This document shows positions 9,676 to 19,502 of a DNA stretch of 64,000 bases, one piece after another. Source of the DNA: Kiritimatiellia bacterium (lineage in GTDB: Bacteria; Verrucomicrobiota; Kiritimatiellia; RFP12; UBA1067); contig JBMNFY010000016.1 in assembly GCA_050949565.1 (NCBI GenBank), forward strand, positions 1-64,000. Reading direction: 5' to 3'. Made by a program: the position numbers and the translations under genes. Position 1 is the first letter of the stretch. Each line of letters starts with the position of its first letter. The notes beneath the pieces were generated by a model that was not told the DNA's origin, made no database searches, and worked only from the letters and a program-made list of their open reading frames with translations.

Positions 9676-10947
9676 TCAGTCTCTTCTCAGAGCTTCAATC
9701 GGATCGAGCGATGCGGCACGCATTGCAGGATAAAGACCGAAGACGATACCGATGCCCGCGCTGATGCCGAAGGCGAGCAGCAGGCTGTAGGGCCGTACCA
9801 CGGTCGGCATATCGGTGAAGGTCGTGATCAGCAACGGAATCGTGATGCCCACCAACAGCCCCGCCAAACCGCCGCCGAGTGACAACACGCAGGTGTTAAT
9901 CAGGAACTGCACGACAATCCGGCTGCGTCGCGCACCAATCGCGCGCCGGATGCCGATCTCCTTGGTCCGCTCCGTGACCGAAGCCAGCATGATGTTCATG
10001 ATGCCTATGCCGCCCACCAGCAGGCTGATCCCGGCGATTGCCCCCAGCACGACATTGTAGGTGCGCTTGGTGCGCTCAGCCTCGCGTAGCAGGGTCAACG
10101 GCACATCAATCCGGTAATCCTTCTTCTTATGGAAGCGCGACAACACAGATTCGATCGCTTTGCTACCCGGCTCCACGAGCGAGGTGTCAGCCATACGCAC
10201 AATGATCTGGCTGAGTTCAACTTTCTCGCCTTCCATACCTCCAGCCGAGTAGCGGATGTTGGCCTCGCCGAAGAGCTTGGTGCCGGTCGTGAGTGGGATG
10301 TAAACGTCGGCCTCGCTGTCGGGTGCGCGCACCGTGCCGCCGGCCTCGTTTTGCACGATGCCGATTACCTCGAATACACCCGACGCGATGCGGATGCGCT
10401 GGCCGACCATGTGTTCGCCCGCGAGGAGGCGGCGCACGCCGTGCTCGGTTAACACGCAGACGTTGGCGTACATCTGCAAGTCGTTCGGCGCAAGGGTACG
10501 TCCAGCCAGCACTGGTCGCCGCACGACCTCAAACCAACCGGGCACAGTCTCCACCACTCGCAACTCAAGCTGGCGCTCTTTGAGACGCGCCATGCGGCGG
10601 GTCATACGTGCCGGGACGGTGAGCACTACGCCGGGCACGGTCTCGCGAATGCGCGCCTCGTCGTCATACAGCAAGCCGTAGATCGCCAGCCGACCGCGCT
10701 GTGCACCGGTGTTCGAGCCCTCTTCGTCGGTCGGCTTAACCGACATCACCATGATATTTTCGCTGCCGAGGCGCTTGATAGAATCCAGCGCCTGCTGGCT
10801 GGCCCCCTCGCCCACAGCCAGCATGGCGATCACGCTACCGACACCGAACACCACACCCAGCATCGTCAGGAACGAGCGCGTCTTGTGACGCCAGACATCC
10901 GTGAGACCCAACTTAATGAAAGGCCAGAAGTAGAGGATCTGGTTCAC
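9676..10947 (-). CDS. MacB-like ABC transporter permease
   Basis: RSFLTMLGVVFGVGSVIAM; GGIGIMNIMLASVTERTKEIGIRRAIGA; LDPIEALR. Confidence 0.93.
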   Translation of the reverse strand: MNQILYFWPFIKLGLTDVWRHKTRSFLTMLGVVFGVGSVIAMLAVGEGASQQALDSIKRLGSENIMVMSVKPTDEEGSNTGAQRGRLAIYGLLYDDEARIRETVPGVVLTVPARMTRRMARLKERQLELRVVETVPGWFEVVRRPVLAGRTLAPNDLQMYANVCVLTEHGVRRLLAGEHMVGQRIRIASGVFEVIGIVQNEAGGTVRAPDSEADVYIPLTTGTKLFGEANIRYSAGGMEGEKVELSQIIVRMADTSLVEPGSKAIESVLSRFHKKKDYRIDVPLTLLREAERTKRTYNVVLGAIAGISLLVGGIGIMNIMLASVTERTKEIGIRRAIGARRSRIVVQFLINTCVLSLGGGLAGLLVGITIPLLITTFTDMPTVVRPYSLLLAFGISAGIGIVFGLYPAMRAASLDPIEALRRD

Positions 10948-11669
10948 GATCGGATCTCCTCACTCGAGAGAATCACGCCGTCCTTCAGCACGATTTTGGC
11001 CTTCGCGTACTCGGCGATGTCCAACTCGTGCGTGACCAGAATGATGGTCTTACCTTGATCGTGCAGTTCTTGGAAAAGTGCCATGATTTGTACGCTGGTC
11101 GCGCTATCCAGATTGCCGGTGGGCTCATCGGCCAACAGCACGGCGGGGTCGTTGGCCAGCGCACGCGCCACCGCGACGCGCTGCCGCTGACCGCCGGAGA
11201 GTTCCGACGGCAAGTGGCGCAAACGGTGCGCGATACCCACGCGCTCAGCCAACACCTCCGCCTTCTGGCGGCGCTCGTTCGGCGGAACCCCCAGATAGAG
11301 CATCGGCACCTCGATATTCTCGTAGACCGTGAGCTGCGGGATCAGGTGGAAACTCTGAAAAACGAAGCCGAGATTGCGCAGACGGTGGTCGCTCAGTTCA
11401 TTGTCGTCCATCTCCGCGACATTCACGCCGTTCAGCCAATAGGCACCACTCGTAGGACGGTCGAGGCAGCCGAGGATGTTGAGCATCGTGCTCTTGCCTG
11501 ATCCGCTGGGACCCATGATCGCCCAATAGGAACCGGTGTTGATCGAAAACGAAACCCCGTCGAGGGCACGCACCGTCTCGTCGCCGACACGGTAGTAGCG
11601 CTTGACGTCATCCAGCCGCACCACCTCGTCCGCACGCGGCCGCTCGCGTTCTGTGGTCCGGAGAATCAT
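10944..11669 (-). CDS. ABC transporter ATP-binding protein (MacB/LolD type)
   Basis: GPSGSGKST, LSGGQRQRVA, LLADEPTGNLD. Confidence 0.95.
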   Translation of the reverse strand: MILRTTERERPRADEVVRLDDVKRYYRVGDETVRALDGVSFSINTGSYWAIMGPSGSGKSTMLNILGCLDRPTSGAYWLNGVNVAEMDDNELSDHRLRNLGFVFQSFHLIPQLTVYENIEVPMLYLGVPPNERRQKAEVLAERVGIAHRLRHLPSELSGGQRQRVAVARALANDPAVLLADEPTGNLDSATSVQIMALFQELHDQGKTIILVTHELDIAEYAKAKIVLKDGVILSSEEIRS

Positions 11670-13303
11670 CCCTGACGGACACCTCCGGCAGGCGACGTTT
11701 TAGGCCCGTTGGACTCGCGGGCACGTCCGGCGGCGGGTTTGGCGGCCGTAGTTTTCGGTTTACGCGGGGCGCCGTCAGCGGGGCGCGCGCCATTACCGCG
11801 GGCCGGTTCCTTGGAACGCTCGGATTCCTTGACCTCTTCCTGCTTCTCCTCTTTCACGGGCGGCGCCAACATAACCTCCTCGCCAGAGCGCACGCCTTCG
11901 AGCACATGGATCATGCGGTTATTGTCGAGCCCGACGCGCACGATACGCGGCACCCACTCACCGCCGTCATTGACATAGACGCGCGGCACGCCCTCCACGC
12001 GCACCACGCACTGCACCGGCACATACAAGGCGTCTTCATAGGACTCCTTGATCAACTCGACCGCACAACTCATACCGGGGCGGATCGTAACATCCTTGAA
12101 GTCACATTCGATCTCGCACTTGTAGAGCTTGAGGTCGGGATTCAACTGTGCGCTCTGTCCGTCCGGCAGGATACCGATCTTGACCAGGCGGCCATCGAAG
12201 ACCCGGCCCGGAAAGGCATCGATCTTCACGCGCGCCGGCATGCCGGTATCGATCTTGTTGAGGCTGGCCTCGGGGATCATGACTTCCACCACCATGCCGG
12301 ATTCGAGCGGAATATAGATCAGCTCTTGACGCTCCACCGCCATAGAGCCGACCTCCAGAGGTTTGATCCACCACTTGCGGCTGGCGATTTGCACCGTCGA
12401 AGCATACAGGATCATGCCGTTGGTCGGCGCGTAGATCTTGCTTTTCGAGATCTGGAAATTGAGCTCCGCCAGCCGGTTGGTAGCGCGGTCGCGCTCGCGA
12501 GTCCGCGCGTTTACCTCAGTCTCCACCTGACGTAAGGACGCCTTGTTTTGCCATTTGACACGCGCTAGTGCGCGTTCCGCCTTACGGCGCGAGCTTTCCA
12601 AGGTTGACCGCTGCTGCAACACCGTATAGTTGGTCAACACATTGATCTTACTCATCGCCATCTCAAGGTCGAGCTTCTTGCGCTGTAACGCCAACTCGTC
12701 GGCTTGCAACTCCGTGCGTGTCAGAAATCCTTCCTTGGCTAAACGTTGCGACCACTCCAGCTTCTCGGCGGCGCGCTTCAACTCCTCATCAGCCAGCGCG
12801 ATATCCGCATCGTACTGCCGCACCTGTTGCGGGTAGTCGCCCTTCTGATACTTTTCAAGAGCCATGTTCGCCAACATCAGATCCACTTCGCGGTCCAACA
12901 GCGCCGCCTCGCAATCACCTTGCGTGATCCCGAGCTTCTCTTCGGCAATGATCAGATTCGCTTCGGCATTCGCCACCTTGATCTCTTGCTCATTTTTCTT
13001 CTCAATCAGATCGCTAGAGTCAAACTCCAGCAACAGGTCGCCGGGCTGCACGTTGACACCTTCGTCGATCACCCAGATCACGGTGTTGTTCCCCTCAAGC
13101 TCACTGGAGATCACCGCCTTGTCCCGGCTTTGAATTGAGCCGCCCGATGTCACGGCGATTGTCAGCGGTCCGCGTTGCACGGTGAAGACGGGCACCTGTT
13201 CACCCACCGCACCGCTCTTGCGCGTGAACATCCAGACCGTCCCCGCCAGCACAACAACAAGTGTACCGATGATCCATTTTTTCTTTGAACGCTTCTTAAC
13301 CAT
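11666..13303 (-). CDS. Efflux periplasmic adaptor (MacA/HlyD family)
   Basis: N-terminal TM, EGVNVQPGDLLLEFD, long coiled coil, KIYAPTNG, VGLDNNRMIHVLEGV. Confidence 0.9.
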   Translation of the reverse strand: MVKKRSKKKWIIGTLVVVLAGTVWMFTRKSGAVGEQVPVFTVQRGPLTIAVTSGGSIQSRDKAVISSELEGNNTVIWVIDEGVNVQPGDLLLEFDSSDLIEKKNEQEIKVANAEANLIIAEEKLGITQGDCEAALLDREVDLMLANMALEKYQKGDYPQQVRQYDADIALADEELKRAAEKLEWSQRLAKEGFLTRTELQADELALQRKKLDLEMAMSKINVLTNYTVLQQRSTLESSRRKAERALARVKWQNKASLRQVETEVNARTRERDRATNRLAELNFQISKSKIYAPTNGMILYASTVQIASRKWWIKPLEVGSMAVERQELIYIPLESGMVVEVMIPEASLNKIDTGMPARVKIDAFPGRVFDGRLVKIGILPDGQSAQLNPDLKLYKCEIECDFKDVTIRPGMSCAVELIKESYEDALYVPVQCVVRVEGVPRVYVNDGGEWVPRIVRVGLDNNRMIHVLEGVRSGEEVMLAPPVKEEKQEEVKESERSKEPARGNGARPADGAPRKPKTTAAKPAAGRARESNGPKTSPAGGVRQG

Positions 13304-15032
13304 GATCCTCTCCGCTGGCCTCAATCCACATGCCAGTATCCGAAATCTTCAACACCCCCATATCGCGCTGCAGCTCGAGATCGCTCACCAGCCACTCGAT
13401 CAACACCTTGCACAATGCGTTGCGCGCGTCTAACAAATTCTTCTGCGCCTCGAGCACGTCACGCATCTCCGCGCGTCCCGACTGCTGGAACAGCGCGTTG
13501 CTCTCTACACGAAGGCGTGCCACCTTGACCGCCTCAACCTGATTCACATACGAGGCTCGCGCTGCAACCAGATTACGCAATCCACTGCGCACCGCCTGTT
13601 TGACGGCGTCCTCGCGCTCCTCCAGCGATCGCTTGGCCTGCTCCAGAGCGATCAACTGCTTGCGAAACACATTACGTTCCCGCCGACGGTTCCAAGGCCA
13701 GTCGGCACGCACACCGGCATCCCACGTCTCCTCGCCTTCAAATCCGCTTTCACCGGTCGCGCGCGCCCGGTCCAGCCGCGCACCGCCGGTAAGCGCGACA
13801 TCCGCGCGCAGCGCATCCGCCGCGATCTTCACGGCGCGCTCCGAATCTTCAACACGACAGCGCGTAACAAACAGATCATGCCGTTCAGACAGCGCGATGC
13901 GGCATGACTCCGCCTCGTCCGGATAGGCCGCCACCGCGTCGTCGCTGGCTTGCGCCCAACGTTCCATCTTTTGCTCCAACCGCTCGACCTCCGCCAGGTC
14001 CACCTCAACGCGCGCTTCCGGCGGCAGACCGAGCTTGAGCTTGAGCGCATCAAGCTTGACCTCATAGTTCTTACGCGCGTCAATCACGCTCTTGTTCGCC
14101 GCCAGCAAGTCGGAGCGCGCTTGGTCGACCTGAATGCGCTGCAAGCGTCCGGCTTCGAACATCATCTCGGCACGGCGGCTGTTCTCGGCCAGATTGCGCT
14201 CGTTGTCCAGCGCGTTCTGCACCCGCTGCACATACTCGATCACATCGAAGTAGGCAACCGCCACCGAAACCGCATACGTCTGCCGATAGTGCTCAAACGC
14301 ACGAATCGCGTAAACCAGATTCCGCTCCGCCTGTGTCAACGGCTCACGCACGATGTCGCGCCCGGCACCGCGCATCAGCGGCAGCGTCATGGTCAGGTCG
14401 CCGGTTATCCCGAGCGAGCGCCAATCATCGCGCAACAGACTCACGACATCGAGCGCCAGACTGCCCGCGACCTCCGCGCCGCTCTCAAATTTGCGCGCGA
14501 AACCACCCGCCGTGCGCCCGGTGGCTTTCTCCGCTTCCGGATCGCCAGAGAGCAGCCCCAGCATCATACCGCTGAAGGTGGTGTCGAACTGATACTGCTG
14601 ATAATCAAGATCAAGTGCGGAGGTAAACACCGCCTCCTTCATGTTCTGGTAGGTGCGGTCATTACGCGCGGCCACGCACATGGCGTCCGGCAACGAGAGC
14701 GTCAACACGCCATTTGAAACCGAGAACGGGGCTGCATGCGGAATCTTGGGGAACACCACACCCTGCTCGCCGCGCACGACCGCCAGCAACGCAATACGCA
14801 ACGTCAAGGCGTCCGCCGGACGGTGAACGTCAAACTCTCGGGTACTGCCGCTCTGCTGCTGCCAGAACTCCGTCGCCAAGCGCACGCCGGTCTCGTTACT
14901 TTCGCGGTAAGCCTTCTCGGGCGTCATACACCCGGTTGCCACCACCATCGCGACCAACGCCGCAACGGCACAGCCAGCCGCAGCCAACCGCCAGGCAATG
15001 TTCTCACGCAGGTTTTTCCCTGCCATCCGCAT
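13296..15032 (-). CDS. TolC-family outer membrane efflux lipoprotein
   Basis: Lipobox VVATGC; LPLMRGAG..EPLTQAERNLVYA; DVLEAQ; first gene of an overlapping 4-gene operon. Confidence 0.85.
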   Translation of the reverse strand: MRMAGKNLRENIAWRLAAAGCAVAALVAMVVATGCMTPEKAYRESNETGVRLATEFWQQQSGSTREFDVHRPADALTLRIALLAVVRGEQGVVFPKIPHAAPFSVSNGVLTLSLPDAMCVAARNDRTYQNMKEAVFTSALDLDYQQYQFDTTFSGMMLGLLSGDPEAEKATGRTAGGFARKFESGAEVAGSLALDVVSLLRDDWRSLGITGDLTMTLPLMRGAGRDIVREPLTQAERNLVYAIRAFEHYRQTYAVSVAVAYFDVIEYVQRVQNALDNERNLAENSRRAEMMFEAGRLQRIQVDQARSDLLAANKSVIDARKNYEVKLDALKLKLGLPPEARVEVDLAEVERLEQKMERWAQASDDAVAAYPDEAESCRIALSERHDLFVTRCRVEDSERAVKIAADALRADVALTGGARLDRARATGESGFEGEETWDAGVRADWPWNRRRERNVFRKQLIALEQAKRSLEEREDAVKQAVRSGLRNLVAARASYVNQVEAVKVARLRVESNALFQQSGRAEMRDVLEAQKNLLDARNALCKVLIEWLVSDLELQRDMGVLKISDTGMWIEASGEDHG

Positions 15033-15119
15033 AAACACTTCCCCCATACACTCACCATGCGGCGCGCGCATTCGCTCCCCAGACGGTACGCACGCCGTGA
15101 CCTTCTGGTCTAAACACTC

Positions 15120-15490
15120 ATGCGGGCAAGCCCGCAACCCAATTATTCCATCTCACGTCATCGGGCTTGCGAAGCGCAGGGAGGGGCAAGCGTCTGCTTG
15201 CCTGCGGACGAGCGACGCTCGTCCCTCCCATCCTTCCGCATAGCGGAAGGCGGCTCGTGGGGACACTCGCCCTCCAACCTTCGCGCCTTCGCGTGAAACA
15301 ACAGAGCAGTGCTTTTACACTCATCATTGCGGCCAGCCCTGCACCTCCAAAAACCTCTGTGATCTCTGTGCTCTCTGTGGTTAAAAAACCGAGCAGTGCC
15401 CTCCAAAAGCCTCTGCGTCTCTGCGTCTCTGCGTTAAACAAACCCGAGCAGTGTCCTCCAAAAACCTCTGCGTCGCTGCGTTAACAAACC
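15120..15490. repeat. Composite intergenic repeat region (REP hairpins plus array of 9-nt-periodic modules)
   Basis: ggacgagcgacgctcgtcc; cttcgcgccttcgcgtgaaa; ctctgtgatctctgtgctctctgtggttaaa; ctctgcgtctctgcgtctctgcgttaaa with linker aaaccgagcagtgccctccaaaa. Confidence 0.85.
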
Positions 15491-16551
15491 TGCTTCGCTC
15501 GGTACGATTCAACCTCCCAATTTTCGATGAAACCGCGCGCGCGGTCACTCAAATACCTTATGCCGCCGAAGGCGCGCGCCAATCGCTTCACGCCGGCTCC
15601 GTCACGCGCCAACTCCAACGCCAGCCGCGCAACCTTGTCGCTCGCGCCAACACCCAACACCGCGCTGTCTGTCACAACCACGCGCGGCGCATAGCCGTGC
15701 ACCTGCTGGAAGGCGCGCAGGTTGTCGACCATCAGCACGCCTTCATACGGATACGACTTCGCATACACAATATGATCCGGCGAGATCGGTCCGTCGCCGA
15801 CCTCAAAGCAACCGGCCGCCGCCACCGCGCCGGCGTCCGCCCCCAGCGCTTCGGCCAGCACACCATGCCACGCCGCCACCCGCGCGGCCTCCGGTGCCGG
15901 ACCCTCCGGCACGGCGGCATCGACGCCCGCCGCCGCGTAGGCGTCCGCCAGCGCCTGCATTACGCGCACATACGTCGCGCGCACCTCATCCGCCGTATCG
16001 CCGGAGACAAAGACGCCGTGATTTTCCAGAAAGATCAATGCAGGCTCGCACCCCTGCCGCGCGCGATACTCCCGGATCGCCTCGCGCACCGCCATGCAGA
16101 GCGTGTATCCGGGATCGGTGTAGGGCACCCACAGCGCATCCGGAAAAAGACGCGCGGCGGCCACGCTGCCGCCCACGGCGCAGGTCATCCCGTTGACCGC
16201 CATCGGATGGGTATGCACCACAAAACGCGCCGCCAGCGAATCGTGCAGCGGTGCCTCGACCGACGCGCGCCCCGGTGTCTCAGGCTTGACCGCCGCCGCC
16301 ATCATGTTCTTCACCAGTTCCTCGCGCGCCGCCGCATCGTCCGGCGTCTGCGCGGTATAGAGATCCGCCAGCCGCGCACGATCCAGCGCCACGAAACCTT
16401 GCGGCGTGAGCGCGGCCAACGTGGTGCCGGAAGGCTTGACCCACAGCGTGTCGTCAGTCTTGCAGGAAGTGTTGCCGCCGCCGGCTTTGACATACTCGTC
16501 GCTGCCGAATTCGTGGGACAACTGGGTGATGGTGTCTAACAGGCTCGTCAT
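15481..16551 (-). CDS. Class II aldolase (rhamnulose-1-phosphate aldolase-like)
   Basis: AGGGNTSCK, WVKPSG, RASVEAPLH, VVHTHP, IFLENHGV, WEVESYR; downstream of rhaA. Confidence 0.85.
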   Translation of the reverse strand: MTSLLDTITQLSHEFGSDEYVKAGGGNTSCKTDDTLWVKPSGTTLAALTPQGFVALDRARLADLYTAQTPDDAAAREELVKNMMAAAVKPETPGRASVEAPLHDSLAARFVVHTHPMAVNGMTCAVGGSVAAARLFPDALWVPYTDPGYTLCMAVREAIREYRARQGCEPALIFLENHGVFVSGDTADEVRATYVRVMQALADAYAAAGVDAAVPEGPAPEAARVAAWHGVLAEALGADAGAVAAAGCFEVGDGPISPDHIVYAKSYPYEGVLMVDNLRAFQQVHGYAPRVVVTDSAVLGVGASDKVARLALELARDGAGVKRLARAFGGIRYLSDRARGFIENWEVESYRAKQVC

Positions 16552-16585
16552 AACTGATTTGATTTGCAAAGGTGGTCATGCCGCA

Positions 16586-16609
16586 GGAGAGGCGTCACGC
16601 CTCCCCTAC
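16586..16609 (-). repeat. GTAG-type REP hairpin
   Basis: Minus strand GTAGGGGAGGCGTGACGCCTCTCC between rhaA and the aldolase. Confidence 0.6.
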
Positions 16610-16622
16610 GACGCTGCGGCGA

Positions 16623-17896
16623 TTAGCGCTTCGACAACACGTTGGCCTCGTAGGTCTTGACCTCCTGCAACCACGCCGTGTCCAGCGGCACATCTTCATC
16701 CTCGCAGAACTTGTCCCAGATCGCGCCGAACGGCATCGTCTTCGCCGTTTCGGTCCAGGCCAGACGCGACGCGTAAATCTTCGCTCTTCTCGGCATCGGT
16801 CATCAGTTTGATCGGTTCGAGCATGGCGAAGAGCAACGCCTTCTGCATGGCACGCACGCCGATCACCCCCGACCCGCGATGCGGTTGATGCTGGCGTCGA
16901 AGTAGTCGAGCCCGATATGCACGCGCTTGAACTGATCGAGGCGCACCAGTTCCTGGGCAATGGCGAGCAGGTCATCGTTCACGATCACCACATGGTCGCT
17001 GTCCCCAGCGGACGCCGCGACTGACGTGGAGCAGGATCTCCGGCACGAACAACAGGCAGGCGGAGAGCTTGTCCGAGATCGTCTCTCGTCGGGTGGTAGT
17101 GGCCGGCGTCCAGTGTCAACACCTTCTGGTTTCTTGACCGCGTATCCCATGTAAAACTCGTGCGAGCCGACCGTGTAGCTTTCAGCGCCGATGCCGAAAA
17201 GCTTGGACTCAATGGCATCCAGCATGTGCTTGGGGCTGAACTGCTCCTCGAAGCAGATATCCAGCGAGTCATTCAGAATCTTACGGGGTGTCGCGCGGTC
17301 AGCCGGAATGTCCTTAAAGCCGTCCGGAATCCAGACGTTGTTGACGCAGGGCGAGCCTAGCGCCTTGCCGATCGCCGCCGCGATGCGCCGCGTGGCGATG
17401 GTGTGGCGGATCCAGAAGTCGCGGATCTTCTTCTTGCGGCTGGCCAGCGAAAAGCCGTCGAACATCGGGTGCGAGAAGAGGGTCGGATTGAAGTCCATGC
17501 CCTAGCCCGTTTTTCCTTGGCCCAGTCAATCCAGCCCTTGAAGTGCTCAGGCTGCAGCGCATCACGGTCGACCTTCTTACCTTTTTCAAACTCAGCGTAA
17601 CAGGCGTGCACATTCACGCGATGCGACACCGCCGATCAACGAGAAGACAAAATCAAGGTCGCCGCGCAGCTCCTGCGGCGTGCGGGCGCGCCCCGGATAA
17701 TTGCCGGTCGTCTGGATGCCGCCCGTGAGATCGCCGTCAGGGGTTCTCGAAACCGCGCACGTCATCGCCCTGCCAGCAGTGCAGCGAAATCGGGATCTTC
17801 ACACAACTTCTTCAGGGCCGCTTCCGCATCGACTCCAAGTTCCGCATACCGTTCACATGCCAGTTTGTATGCCGCTTCAACGCTCTTTTTGCTCAT
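16623..17896 (-). CDS. rhaA: L-rhamnose isomerase (multiple frameshifts, likely sequencing errors)
   Basis: [32 protein letters not shown]; [10 protein letters not shown]; [11 protein letters not shown]; [20 protein letters not shown]; [14 protein letters not shown]. Confidence 0.92.
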
Positions 17897-18077
17897 GGAT
17901 ACTCTGCTCCTCTCTGGTTTCCGCCATGGACGGAAACGGATTCACCTGACTCTGACAACGGGGAACGACCGTCCCCGCCTCCGACATCTTTAAAACAAAG
18001 CTCTTATCTTACACTCCACGCCCATTAACTTCCAGCCAGAATGTCAGCAAACGAAAACAAAAAACCTCAAAAGAGCA

Positions 18078-18106
18078 TTGACAGCGCAAAACCGATCGTT
18101 TAGAGT
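18078..18106 (+). promoter_or_regulatory. sigma70 promoter for tRNA-Phe/mnmA
   Basis: TTGACA-N17-TAGAGT. Confidence 0.75.
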
Positions 18107-18153
18107 GGCACCCGTTTTTCCCCAAGAAGGGGTTTTCCGAAAACGACGGTTGT

Positions 18154-18229
<76 letters not shown>

Positions 18230-18271
18230 TTTTTTTACACATTTCCCGTCCAACTCCCGTCAGAATGGCCC

Positions 18272-19422
18272 ATGAGCAACGCACGGCAAAATGAGACCCG
18301 AGGGCTCACCGTGGCGGTGGGCATGAGCGGTGGAGTGGACTCCGCCGTCGCAGTCTGGCTACTCAAACAACAGGGGTGTGATGTCATCGGGCTGACAATG
18401 AGCATCTGGGATGCCAAACGGCCCTTCACCCCAACAAAGCACAACGCCTGCTACGGTCCGGACGAAGCCGCGAACATCGCGGCGGCGCGCGCAACGGCTG
18501 AACGTCTCGGCATCCCCCACCACACCATACCGCTGGCCGACGAGTATGAACGTCATGTGCTCAGCGCCTTCCGCAACCAAAATCTGGCGGGGCTCACCCC
18601 GAACCCCTGCGCCCTCTGCAACCCTGTCATGAAGTTCGGGCTCCTGCCCGCCCGCGCCCGTGCGCTCGGTATCCGTTTCGATCGCTTTGCGACCGGCCAC
18701 TACGCGCGCATCGTACGCGACGAAACCGCCGGCGCGTCTCCGTTTGGTGCGCGGTGCGGACCCAGACAAGGATCAATCCTATTTTCTCGCACGCCTCTCA
18801 CAGGCGCAATTGGCCGAGATCCTCTTTCCGCTCGGCGACAAGACCAAGCATGAGGTACGCGCGCTTGCGCACGGAAGCCGGACTAAGCGACCTGACCATG
18901 AAACCCGAGAGCCAAGATTTCTTTGCGGGGGACGATATCTCGGTCCTCTTCGACGGTGCCGGCACCGTACCCGGCCCGATCAGTGGATACTACCGGACGC
19001 ATGCTCGGTCAACACCGCGGCATCATTCACTACACAGTCGGCCAGCGCGACGGCCTCGGAATCGCGGTGGGACGCAAGGTCTACGTCAAAGAGATCCGTG
19101 CCGACTCCAACACGCTGGTCGTGGACGACCGCGAGGGCGTGCTGGCCGACACCTGCCGCGTGAGACCGACATGCAGTGGATCGCGGAAGCCCCGCCCGAT
19201 GCGCCGCGCCCGGTCACCGCCCGGCTGCGCTACCGCCACAAGGGCACCGCCTGCCGCTATACGCTCCGTCCCGACGGCATGCTTGACCTGCGTTTCGACG
19301 AACCGCAGTTTGCCGTGACGCCGGGCCAGATGGCCGCGCTCTACGATGGCGACGAGGTCTTGGGCGGCGGCTGGATCGCTCTCCGCGCCGTGCGCGGAGG
19401 CGAAGTTGAATTTAGGATTTAG
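18272..19422 (+). CDS. mnmA: tRNA 2-thiouridylase MnmA (frameshifted in this assembly)
   Basis: [55 protein letters not shown] across several frames. Confidence 0.92.
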
Positions 19423-19502
19423 GATTTAGGAGTTAGGAGTCGTTCTGCATTCACACCATACATCAGGCCCTCAATGAAACTTGAAACCAGAAACCTGAAA
19501 CT
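19410..19502. repeat. Heptamer tandem repeats (ATTTAGG x3 plus AGTTAGG; TGAAACT/AGAAACC x4)
   Basis: 19410-19440 and 19475-19502; the latter resembles the reverse complement of the start of the repeats at 23 and 1047. Confidence 0.8.
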
